Source of the DNA: Alphaproteobacteria bacterium
GTDB lineage: Bacteria; Pseudomonadota; Alphaproteobacteria; Rs-D84
DNA: 64,000 nt
Assembly: GCA_009777955.1 (NCBI GenBank)
Contig: WRKW01000001.1
Coordinates: 21,986 to 85,985, forward strand
Direction of reading: 5' to 3'
This document shows, one piece after another, positions 46,806 through 54,657 of the stretch. The notes under the pieces are model-generated. The model did not search any database and had not been told where the DNA came from. It saw only the letters and a list, made by a program, of their open reading frames with translations. Numbering within the stretch: the first letter of the stretch is position 1; each line of letters starts with the position of its first letter. The position numbers and the translations under genes are program-made.

Positions 46806-47693
46806 ATGGCTGAAAAATTAAATTCTTTACCACCAGTTGCGGAAATGATGCGCGGCGCGGGTCTGGAGCCCAAAAGGCAGCTGGGGCAGAATTTTCTTTT
46901 CGACCTTAACCTTACCCTGCGTATCGCGCGCGCGGTGCCGGATATAGAAAACACAACTGTAATAGAAGTCGGTCCAGGACCGGGCGGCCTTACCCGCGCG
47001 TTGTTATCTTTGGGTGCAAAGCGTGTCATTGCAATTGAAAAAGATAAAACGACTGCGTCCATTCTTGAACAGATTTCGGCGGCAAGCGATGATCGGTTGG
47101 AAATTATTTTTGCAGATGCATTGAAGTTATTCGAGCCATTGCAAGAAGAGTGTGGTAAGGGGGTATTTCACGTGTCTGAAAAGATTGCTTCGTCCGTCAT
47201 CGCAAGCGGTAGTGCGACTCGCAATGACATTCATAATAAATACGCCATTTGTTCCAATCTTCCATATAATATAGGGACAGAGCTATTAATCCGCTGGCTA
47301 CGCATGGATAATATTTCATCCATGACATTGATGTTCCAGCGTGAAGTCGCACAGCGTATAGTTGCAAAGGTTGGCAATCCACAGTATGGACGATTGTCAG
47401 TGCTGACATCATTAACCGCAGATGCAAAAATTTTATTTGATGTTCCGAATACGGCTTTTGTTCCGCGTCCCAAAGTTCAAAGTGCGGTTGTCCAAATTTT
47501 TCCCAGATCCAGGATTGAATGTATAACGAAAGTTGAAAGGCTGACCGCGAAACTGTTCGGCCAAAGGCGCAAGATGATACGCGGAATAATGCCGGATATA
47601 AATTGGCCGGAATTTGGATTAACCGGACGGGAACGCGCCGAAGAACTGTCACCTGAAAAATTTGCCGAAATCGCCGCCAAGATTATGATATAA
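46806..47693 (+). CDS. rsmA: 16S rRNA (adenine1518/1519-N6)-dimethyltransferase RsmA/KsgA, carrying an in-frame repeat insertion
   Basis: GQNFLFD, VIEVGPGPGGLT (SAM-binding) and SNLPYNIGTELL. The likely start is ATG 46806 (MAEKLNS..), where the track starts at 46737. The segment ..SEKIASSVIASGSATRNDIH.. is encoded by a family A repeat. Confidence 0.9.
   Translation: MAEKLNSLPPVAEMMRGAGLEPKRQLGQNFLFDLNLTLRIARAVPDIENTTVIEVGPGPGGLTRALLSLGAKRVIAIEKDKTTASILEQISAASDDRLEIIFADALKLFEPLQEECGKGVFHVSEKIASSVIASGSATRNDIHNKYAICSNLPYNIGTELLIRWLRMDNISSMTLMFQREVAQRIVAKVGNPQYGRLSVLTSLTADAKILFDVPNTAFVPRPKVQSAVVQIFPRSRIECITKVERLTAKLFGQRRKMIRGIMPDINWPEFGLTGRERAEELSPEKFAEIAAKIMI
47178..47230. repeat. Family A repeat inserted in-frame within rsmA
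   Basis: GAAAAGATTGCTTCGTCCGTCATCGCAAGCGGTAGTGCGACTCGCAATGACAT. Its reverse complement matches copy 22568-22613 (GTCATTGCGAGTCGCGTCACCGCTTGCGGTGACGGACGAAGCAATC) with 3 core mismatches. Confidence 0.85.
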
Positions 47694-47714
47694 TGTCGTC
47701 AAACGGAGAAAAAA

Positions 47715-49421
47715 ATGAATACTTCCATTCTTATATTCCTGGGCATAGCTTTCGCGCTTGTATATTTTCTGCGTATGGCGCGTATCGGTACATTACTTGC
47801 ATTCCTGATCGCCGGATTCATTGCTGGGCCGCATGGATTAAAGCTTTGGGAGATAACAGAAATATGGTCGTTTCTTGGCGAAATTGGAATCACATTTCTT
47901 TGGTTCGGAATGGGGCTTGAACTGAATGTACGTCGGCTATGGCAAATGCGAACCACAATATTTGGGTTTGGTGCCGGCCAAGTGCTTATGGTTGCGGCAA
48001 TGTTGTTTCCGATACTGTTCGGCATTGCCCCATGGACGATACTTGGGACGGTGATGGTCTGTCTTTTGCTTTCGATGTCATCCAGTTCTGCCGATTTGGG
48101 CATACTTGCCGATAGGAATGAATTGCAAACCAGTCTTGGCAGACAGACGTTTTCCATACTGTTGTTTCAAGATCTTCTGGCGTTGCCGCTTCTTGCCATG
48201 ATTCCGATTTTTTCAGGCCGTTCTTTCAGTCTGGGTGCGGAAATCATAGATATTCTGGTAATGTCCGCCGGTCTTTTACTGGGTGTTGTGGTGGTTGGGC
48301 GGTGGCTTTTGAACCCGTTGATGAAGCGTGTGTCACGTATGAAATCCAAAGAAGCGTTCCTGATGGCGGTTCTTTTGAATCTGGCGTTGTGGGCGGTTGT
48401 TGCGGAACTTGTCGGGCTTCCGCCGGCAATCGGCGCATTCCTTGCCGGTATGCTTTTATCCGAAACCGTATATCGCCACCAGGTTCAGGCAGACATAGAT
48501 CCATATCGCACTTTGTTCCTTGCATTCTTTTTCATCGCGCTGGGCATGGGTATGAATCTGCCACTTTTGGCATTGAATTGGTGGGTGGTTATCGCGGGCG
48601 CAATCGGATTGGTAATTATAAAATTCTTTGCGATATTTATTGTCGCGCGCGTACGCAAAGTTCCATCGCGTGAAGCGTCGCTTATCGCGCTTATTCTGGC
48701 ACAGGGGGGGGAATTCGGTCTTTTGGTACTTCAAACCATGAAGTCAACGGGTATAGAGGCAATACCGCTTCCGCATTCCGAAATACTTATGGCTGTTATT
48801 ATTCTATCCATGATGACCACGCCGATTTTGCTGGCCATTTATGATCGGTTGTATGAATCCGGGAAACTTGTGTCAAACACGCGCGCGAAAAAGATTAATA
48901 TAAAAAAAGCCGATAAAAATTCCGAAGTTATTATATGTGGATTCGGACGGGTAGGGCAGACCATAGCAAGAATGCTTGAATCGCAAAATATTCCGTATGC
49001 GGCAATTGATATGAATGTTGATCAGGTAGTTCGTGGCCGGTCAGAAGGTTTCAACGTGTTTTATGGGGATACGACCAAAAAGGCGGTATTGGCGGACATA
49101 GGCCTTGTTCCGCGTCGTGTCCGTGCGGTTGTTATCGCATTGGATAATGCACATATCGCGAAAAGTACGGTACGCGCTGTGCGCGCATTGACACCCGGGG
49201 TTCGAATATTCGCGCGCGCAAGAAATCTGAACGAAGCTTCGATATTAAAGAAAGAAGGCGCAAAACTGGCTTTACCCGAGACTATAGAATCGTCATTCAT
49301 GCTGGGGGAACAGGTGTTGAGTAACCTTGGCGTAAATCGGGACAAGATTGATATCCTTATGTCGCGCATGCGCGGGAATAATTACGAAACATTATCAGGA
49401 ATTTTAAACAGGAATAAGTGA
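47715..49421 (+). CDS. Kef-type (CPA2) monovalent cation:proton antiporter with a C-terminal RCK/TrkA-N domain
   Basis: 568 aa. About 12 TM segments, then VIICGFGRVGQTIARML (a Rossmann GxGxxG motif of the RCK domain). Confidence 0.85.
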   Translation: MNTSILIFLGIAFALVYFLRMARIGTLLAFLIAGFIAGPHGLKLWEITEIWSFLGEIGITFLWFGMGLELNVRRLWQMRTTIFGFGAGQVLMVAAMLFPILFGIAPWTILGTVMVCLLLSMSSSSADLGILADRNELQTSLGRQTFSILLFQDLLALPLLAMIPIFSGRSFSLGAEIIDILVMSAGLLLGVVVVGRWLLNPLMKRVSRMKSKEAFLMAVLLNLALWAVVAELVGLPPAIGAFLAGMLLSETVYRHQVQADIDPYRTLFLAFFFIALGMGMNLPLLALNWWVVIAGAIGLVIIKFFAIFIVARVRKVPSREASLIALILAQGGEFGLLVLQTMKSTGIEAIPLPHSEILMAVIILSMMTTPILLAIYDRLYESGKLVSNTRAKKINIKKADKNSEVIICGFGRVGQTIARMLESQNIPYAAIDMNVDQVVRGRSEGFNVFYGDTTKKAVLADIGLVPRRVRAVVIALDNAHIAKSTVRAVRALTPGVRIFARARNLNEASILKKEGAKLALPETIESSFMLGEQVLSNLGVNRDKIDILMSRMRGNNYETLSGILNRNK

Positions 49422-49422
49422 T

Positions 49423-49941
49423 ATGAAAAAAACGTTCAAAATTATAGCAATAATTTCCGGTATACTTTTGGTCGATCAAGTGACAAAGGGATATATGTTG
49501 TATTTGCTTACCGGTGGGATTCCTTTGGCTGGCCGTGCATTTGATCTGGTACCGCATCCATATATCATGATGCGGGTTACGGATTTCTTTAATATAGTTT
49601 TCACTTGGAATCCCGGAACATCTTTTTCCATGTTCCGATCATTGGGTGAAACCGCGCCGCTGGTTCTTATAATTATCACGGGAATAATAATCGGCTTTTT
49701 CGGTCATATGCTGTTTTTCAAGACGCGGGATAATCTTGAAAAATTGGGGCTTAGCTTGATAATCGGCGGGGCTGTTGGGAACCTTGTCGATCGCGTGCGT
49801 TTTGGTGCGGTAATTGATTTTCTGGATTTTTATTGGAAAGCATTGCATTGGCCGGCGTTTAATATCGCAGACATTTGTATCACTGTCGGGGTTGGGTTGT
49901 ATATCTTTGCAATTATTTTGCAAAAACTTCGATCACGGTAA
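49423..49941 (+). CDS. lspA: Lipoprotein signal peptidase (signal peptidase II)
   Basis: 172 aa. NPGTSFSM, GGAVGNLVDR and FNIADICITVG. It starts 1 nt after the upstream stop. Confidence 0.9.
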   Translation: MKKTFKIIAIISGILLVDQVTKGYMLYLLTGGIPLAGRAFDLVPHPYIMMRVTDFFNIVFTWNPGTSFSMFRSLGETAPLVLIIITGIIIGFFGHMLFFKTRDNLEKLGLSLIIGGAVGNLVDRVRFGAVIDFLDFYWKALHWPAFNIADICITVGVGLYIFAIILQKLRSR

Positions 49942-49986
49942 ATATTGTTTTATGCATCATCACGACTTGTGCGGAAGATAAAATTG

Positions 49987-50484
49987 CTATTGTTTATTCG
50001 TATCCATTATTGCGGTAAATGTCGCTTCAGAGACTTTTTTTCCACCGACCAGTGCGACACCATGGAATTTATACAGTCTCATCTTGCTCATCAATAATTC
50101 CACATGCAGTTCCAACGTGTCACCTGGCTTTACCATGTGATGAAATTTGATTTTTTCCATAGTTGTAAAATAGCCCAGGGTTTTGCCGTCTTCTACCCCC
50201 ATCGATTTCAATGCTATAAAACATGCGGTTTGTGCCATGGCCTCTACTTGCAATACCCCCGGCATAATCGGACTGTCTGGAAAATGTCCCGCGCACCAGA
50301 ATTCGTCCGGACGAACATGGCGGATACCCACGCCGCTTGTGTCATGGTATTCGCGAATTTCGTCTATCAACAACATGTTGCCGCGATGCGGAATTACTTT
50401 TTCGATACCTTTTCTATCAACCACCTTTTCACTCCTTATAAAAGACCTATGCGATTTTATGTTTTCAACTGTTTTTTTACCCAT
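49987..50484 (-). CDS. fabZ: 3-hydroxyacyl-ACP dehydratase FabZ
   Basis: 165 aa. IPHRGNMLLIDEI and GHFPDSPIMPGVLQVEAMAQ. It lies immediately downstream of lpxD and overlaps it by 28 nt. Confidence 0.93.
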   Translation of the reverse strand: MGKKTVENIKSHRSFIRSEKVVDRKGIEKVIPHRGNMLLIDEIREYHDTSGVGIRHVRPDEFWCAGHFPDSPIMPGVLQVEAMAQTACFIALKSMGVEDGKTLGYFTTMEKIKFHHMVKPGDTLELHVELLMSKMRLYKFHGVALVGGKKVSEATFTAIMDTNKQ

Positions 50485-51500
50485 GCGTGCATACGCATGC
50501 TGAATATCGCGCTTTCTGCGGGGTATCCGAATACCCTTTCGCCCGGGGGAATATTACGGAATACACCGGAAAGGGCACCCATTTCAGCATCATCGCCTAT
50601 TTTGATTCCGTTGGTAATGCCGACTTTGCCGCCGAACATCACCCGATCGCCGGCAACCACGCCGCCCGCGACTCCGACACCAGATGCCATAAAGCATTCT
50701 TTTCCTATAATCACTCCGTGCGCTATCTGAACCAGATTGTCTATCTTTGTTCCTTCGCCTATGACGGTATCTGCTATCATTCCGCGGTCGATACAGCTGT
50801 TTGCGCCAACAGAAACCCGGTCGCCCAAAATTACTCGTCCTGCGTGGGGAATAAAAACATTTTTGCCTTTTTGTTTTGTAAATCCAAACCCGTCTTTTCC
50901 AATGGCTGCACAGGCATAAATCACACAGTCCGCACCCAATGTAGCGTTGTCGATAAAAGCGTTCGGTCCTATGGCAGTGTTTGCGCCAATAATAGCTGTA
51001 CCGCCGATAAATGCGCCGGATTCGATTTTAACGTTTGGTTCTATGACTGCCCCGCTGCGGATAACAGCATTCGGAGCCACATAAACAGATTTTCGATCAC
51101 GGAAAAATACCCCACGTTCAATTATGGCACGGCGGCTTATACCAATACGCGTTGGCGGTGCATATATATCTCCGATTATTTTTACCATGGCACTGCGCGG
51201 GCTGTCGGTAATCAAAAGGGTTGCTCCGCGTGGGGCTTTGTCCGCATTTTCAGGTTGAACCACTATTACGGATGCCTTTGTTTTTTGCAGGGTTTCAATA
51301 GGCAAAATTCGGAACACAGAAACATTTGTTTCCGTAGAATAGAATGTAAGATGACCGGATGTGGCATCCGCAATCGGTGCGATGCCGCTTATTACTGTAT
51401 CGCCATTACCGCGCAGTTCCATGCCGAATTTTTCGGCCAAAGCTTTGGCAGTTGTCTTTGTCGCCTTTGGGGCGAATAAAAATTGAAATATCTTTTTCAT
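50457..51500 (-). CDS. lpxD: UDP-3-O-acylglucosamine N-acyltransferase LpxD
   Basis: Hexapeptide-repeat (left-handed beta-helix) body, N-terminal ..LAEKFGMELRGNGDTVISGIAPIADATSGHLTFYS. The likely start is ATG 51500 (MKKIF..), where the track starts at 51518. Confidence 0.88.
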   Translation of the reverse strand: MKKIFQFLFAPKATKTTAKALAEKFGMELRGNGDTVISGIAPIADATSGHLTFYSTETNVSVFRILPIETLQKTKASVIVVQPENADKAPRGATLLITDSPRSAMVKIIGDIYAPPTRIGISRRAIIERGVFFRDRKSVYVAPNAVIRSGAVIEPNVKIESGAFIGGTAIIGANTAIGPNAFIDNATLGADCVIYACAAIGKDGFGFTKQKGKNVFIPHAGRVILGDRVSVGANSCIDRGMIADTVIGEGTKIDNLVQIAHGVIIGKECFMASGVGVAGGVVAGDRVMFGGKVGITNGIKIGDDAEMGALSGVFRNIPPGERVFGYPAESAIFSMRMHAWVKKQLKT

Positions 51501-51539
51501 AAAGGGATTATAGAGCAAAAAATAACAAATAGCAAATTT

Positions 51540-52547
51540 TTACGGACATGTGGAAAGCAGGTGTATAACCGTCGCAACATCATCGCGTATGGATACGGTT
51601 CTTTCGCGACGTAATCCGTCGTAATAAGTGTAATTCAATGGTTGTTCTTCAAATTCAGGCGTGGCATGCGCTATCTGGGCAAATGGTGCAAGCATGGCAT
51701 CAAAAAATTTGCGGCTTCGGCACAGACAGGTGTCGCGGACGCTTGCGACAAGCTCTGCCGTTGTCTGGTCGGGGGCATGTTCGTACAGATAGTTATCCTG
51801 CATCATCAGGCATCTTTCACTGAAATGAAAAAAGTTGGCATCATCCAAAATGAATTTATATATAAAATCGTTTGACGCGCCAGCACGTTTTAACTGGTAC
51901 ACAATACCATCCATGCAGCAAGCGCGCGAACTTGCCATCAAAGTCTTGTATCTGTTCAGCAGGGGTCTGACACCCGGTGCATTCGCGTCGATTTCTTGTC
52001 CGGCTTTTGAGAACGATGATAATGCCATCACGCTTCCAGAATCTATTTTTCGGGGCATTGGCGCGACAGTTTCGCGAAAGTGCGGTTTTGTTTTCCAAAT
52101 CGTACATTCCGTTTCAAATTCAAAAGGACAACCATCGGTTCGTGTAAAAGTTTTGTTTCCATCCGTGTCAAAGAATTCACCGGTTTTTACTTCCATTATT
52201 CCAAACCGGCTGCCACCGTGTTGTCCAGTGGCCAAAAGCTCCTCTATCAGACGTTCTGTTTCAAAATCGCGATTTTCCAGCCTTAGAATTTTTTCACGTT
52301 TTTCGGGCAGGCTTGTTATCCGAACGGCTTTTGGTGTCTGGTCGTTTTCAGACAGAGAGATATTTGAAAGTTCAGATGATTCCTGAGTGTCGTCGTGATA
52401 AAATTCTCCGCGGGACCAAAAATCCCAATCGTCCGATGCATAAGCGGACACAACCGGGAACAGATAAAAAATAATATAAAAGGAGAACAGCCCGCAACTT
52501 AATGAACGGGCAAAAGGATGAAAATTTTTATTATCAGCCGCATTCAT
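51540..52547 (-). CDS. Hypothetical exported/anchored Cys-containing protein inserted between the Skp-like gene and lpxD
   Basis: 335 aa. N-terminal hydrophobic segment GLFSFYIIFYLFPVVSAYA. Motifs DGCPFEFETEC, SSRACCMDGIVY and RDTCLCRS. No family recognised. Confidence 0.6.
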   Translation of the reverse strand: MNAADNKNFHPFARSLSCGLFSFYIIFYLFPVVSAYASDDWDFWSRGEFYHDDTQESSELSNISLSENDQTPKAVRITSLPEKREKILRLENRDFETERLIEELLATGQHGGSRFGIMEVKTGEFFDTDGNKTFTRTDGCPFEFETECTIWKTKPHFRETVAPMPRKIDSGSVMALSSFSKAGQEIDANAPGVRPLLNRYKTLMASSRACCMDGIVYQLKRAGASNDFIYKFILDDANFFHFSERCLMMQDNYLYEHAPDQTTAELVASVRDTCLCRSRKFFDAMLAPFAQIAHATPEFEEQPLNYTYYDGLRRERTVSIRDDVATVIHLLSTCP

Positions 52548-52612
52548 GAATTATTAATATATTTTACTATTATTTGATTCTTGCGGGTCATGCCCGCAAG
52601 AATTGTAAAATC

Positions 52613-53269
52613 TTAAAAGCCCTTTGGCTTTGCCATTTGATATTTTGACACTTTTTTATTCATAGAACTGATCACATCAGAAGTAACATCCAGTTCAGCC
52701 GGTGCGTTTTCCGACACGCGAGCAAAACGTCCGTCTATGACCAGCGAAAGATTCTTTCTTGCTATTATGCCTTCGATAATTGGATCCAAATCACGTTTTT
52801 GGATTTCGTTAAGGGCCTTTTGGAATTCCATCTCTATCGATTGGGCGCGTTCTGTAACATCGCGTTGCAGATTGTTAACTTTCTGTTGGTATTCCGTGAC
52901 GCGGCGGTGCAGGGCTTCGCGTGACAGCACTTCTTGGGATTTTTCTATTTCAGCTTTTTCTTTTTCAAGCGATTTTTGTGTCTTGGTCAGTTCGTCGCGC
53001 AAGCGGGATTCAAAGGATTCTTTTTGTTTGCGCAAATCGACAAGAACATCCGCATTTGCCTGTATTTCGTCCATGCGTATGACCGCGATGCGAAGATCCG
53101 CCGCAGATACCGCGCCGGTTGATATACCGGACAACGCGCTTTCAAGGGAAGCACCGCTGCGCATCGAAGATATGCCCCACGCACCCAATGCTGCGACAAC
53201 CACGACCGCACCGGCAATGATGCCCATTTTTACATAATTTTTTTGCGTGAATTTATTTTCTTTTGACAT
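52613..53269 (-). CDS. Skp/OmpH-like periplasmic chaperone (coiled-coil)
   Basis: 218 aa. N-terminal anchor/signal segment, then a long heptad-like region (LRKQKESFESRLRDELTKTQKSLEKEKAEIEKSQ...). It sits upstream of lpxD-fabZ as in the canonical skp-lpxD-fabZ arrangement. The call rests mainly on context and architecture. Confidence 0.55.
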   Translation of the reverse strand: MSKENKFTQKNYVKMGIIAGAVVVVAALGAWGISSMRSGASLESALSGISTGAVSAADLRIAVIRMDEIQANADVLVDLRKQKESFESRLRDELTKTQKSLEKEKAEIEKSQEVLSREALHRRVTEYQQKVNNLQRDVTERAQSIEMEFQKALNEIQKRDLDPIIEGIIARKNLSLVIDGRFARVSENAPAELDVTSDVISSMNKKVSKYQMAKPKGF

Positions 53270-53496
53270 GTTTTGTCCTTTTGGTTTTGCTTAGAAAAAT
53301 TATAGCGTAAAAAATATTGCAAAGGCAATGATTATTTTTCCAGTTTATCCCCGATTATAGCATGCAGATTAAGGTGCGAAACGAACATTTTCTTAACGGC
53401 AACTGCGTTGCTGTCATTCCCGCTTCAATGTTTATATAAGCCGTTTGCGGGCAAAGCCCGCGAATACAAATATGTCGGTGTGTTTATTACACAGTA

Positions 53497-54123
53497 TTAT
53501 CTTGTCACAGGAGAAATTCTTATTTCAACACGACGGTTCATAAGTCGTCCTATGTTCGTCTGATCTGATATAGGCCGTGCGCTGCCCCTTCCCACAACGA
53601 ACATGCGGACTGGTTTTACTTTGTGTTGAGCCATGAATAAAGCCACGCGTTCCGCCATGTCAAAACTGAACGCGATTGCAGAGTTTTGATCGCGCATGGC
53701 ATCGGAATAGCCAGCTATTTCAATATAAGTCCGGTCGTATTTCGCCAGGACTTTGGAAAGTTGGTTCAGGGTGTCGGCACCGTCACTGGAAATATCCGGA
53801 TGATCAAGCGACATGAATGCGTCGCGCACCATGACAACCAACGCGTCTCCGCCTATGCGGGTAATCTGAATCCCCGGTTTTCGTAAAGAATCCGAAAGTT
53901 CTATTTCCAATGCGGACATATAGGTCGCGACTTCTTGCTGTTCAAGTGTTTTGCCGCCGGCACCCAAATAAATAGGTTTTTTTGCTACCTTTGATGTTTC
54001 CGTCATTGCCCCAAAGCTTGCGCCTTTTAAGATGGTATCCCAGGTTCCGCGTTCCGGTGTTTTGTATCCGCCGCAAGAGCAGAGCATGGTTAACAAAGCA
54101 CAGAGTATAGATATTTTTTTCAT
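53497..54123 (-). CDS. OmpA/MotB-domain peptidoglycan-associated lipoprotein
   Basis: 208 aa. MKKISILCALLTMLCSCGG is a lipobox-like sequence. The C-terminal IEIAGYSDAMRDQNSAIAFSFDMAERVALFM....VGRGSARPI......RLMNRRVEIRI is the OmpA-C-like motif set. Confidence 0.8.
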   Translation of the reverse strand: MKKISILCALLTMLCSCGGYKTPERGTWDTILKGASFGAMTETSKVAKKPIYLGAGGKTLEQQEVATYMSALEIELSDSLRKPGIQITRIGGDALVVMVRDAFMSLDHPDISSDGADTLNQLSKVLAKYDRTYIEIAGYSDAMRDQNSAIAFSFDMAERVALFMAQHKVKPVRMFVVGRGSARPISDQTNIGRLMNRRVEIRISPVTR

Positions 54124-54124
54124 T

Positions 54125-54619
54125 TTATTTCACCACGAATGTTACTTTGTTTTTTTCATCACGCTTGCAATTTTCGGCGGGCAGTCCTTCGTAAAAGTCG
54201 TTTATCCGGATGTCTGTGACCCAATCGAAATGTTGTGTCGCAGCCCAAGAGCAGTCGGCAAAGCTGACACCATGAAGATTAATTTGAAAAACACTGCCCT
54301 CCTGTTCGGGAAAAAGGTCGAATTCACTTGCTATGGATATCGCGGCACCAGTTTTCAGCGCGCCCATTTTTATAAGATAACCGACAGATATTCCAGTATA
54401 GTTGTTTTTTCCGGCGAATAAAAGTCGGCTGTTGCGCGCGATATCTTTAAGATCTTCTGCTGCTATCATACGATCCTTGCGAACCTGTACAGATTGATAC
54501 ACTTGGAATGTTCCGGCAATCATAATCGCACCCAGAGCCATGACACCAACAACTTCTATCAAAGATCTGCCGCTTTCAGCTGTATGAGATGTAAAGCGTG
54601 ATATATTGTTTTTAATCAT
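54125..54619 (-). CDS. Type IV pilin / pseudopilin-like protein (atypical prepilin leader)
   Basis: 164 aa. Leader MIKNNISRFTSHTAESG, then RSLIEVVGVMALGAIMIAGTF with Glu at +5 after the Gly. This is followed by an amphipathic helix, a beta-rich body and a C-terminal Cys pair (..FADCSW....AENCKRD) resembling a pilin D-region. The stop lies 1 nt from the next gene's start. Confidence 0.5.
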   Translation of the reverse strand: MIKNNISRFTSHTAESGRSLIEVVGVMALGAIMIAGTFQVYQSVQVRKDRMIAAEDLKDIARNSRLLFAGKNNYTGISVGYLIKMGALKTGAAISIASEFDLFPEQEGSVFQINLHGVSFADCSWAATQHFDWVTDIRINDFYEGLPAENCKRDEKNKVTFVVK

Positions 54620-54657
54620 TATCTTATACTCCCTTTATAAAAAATTTGGTTTATAAT

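Noticed and set aside
50487-51479. 330-aa plus-strand ORF antisense to lpxD
   Set aside because: It lies entirely inside the well-supported lpxD gene. Its translation is Cys/Arg/Asn-rich with no motifs. Long antisense ORFs are expected opposite hexapeptide-repeat genes.
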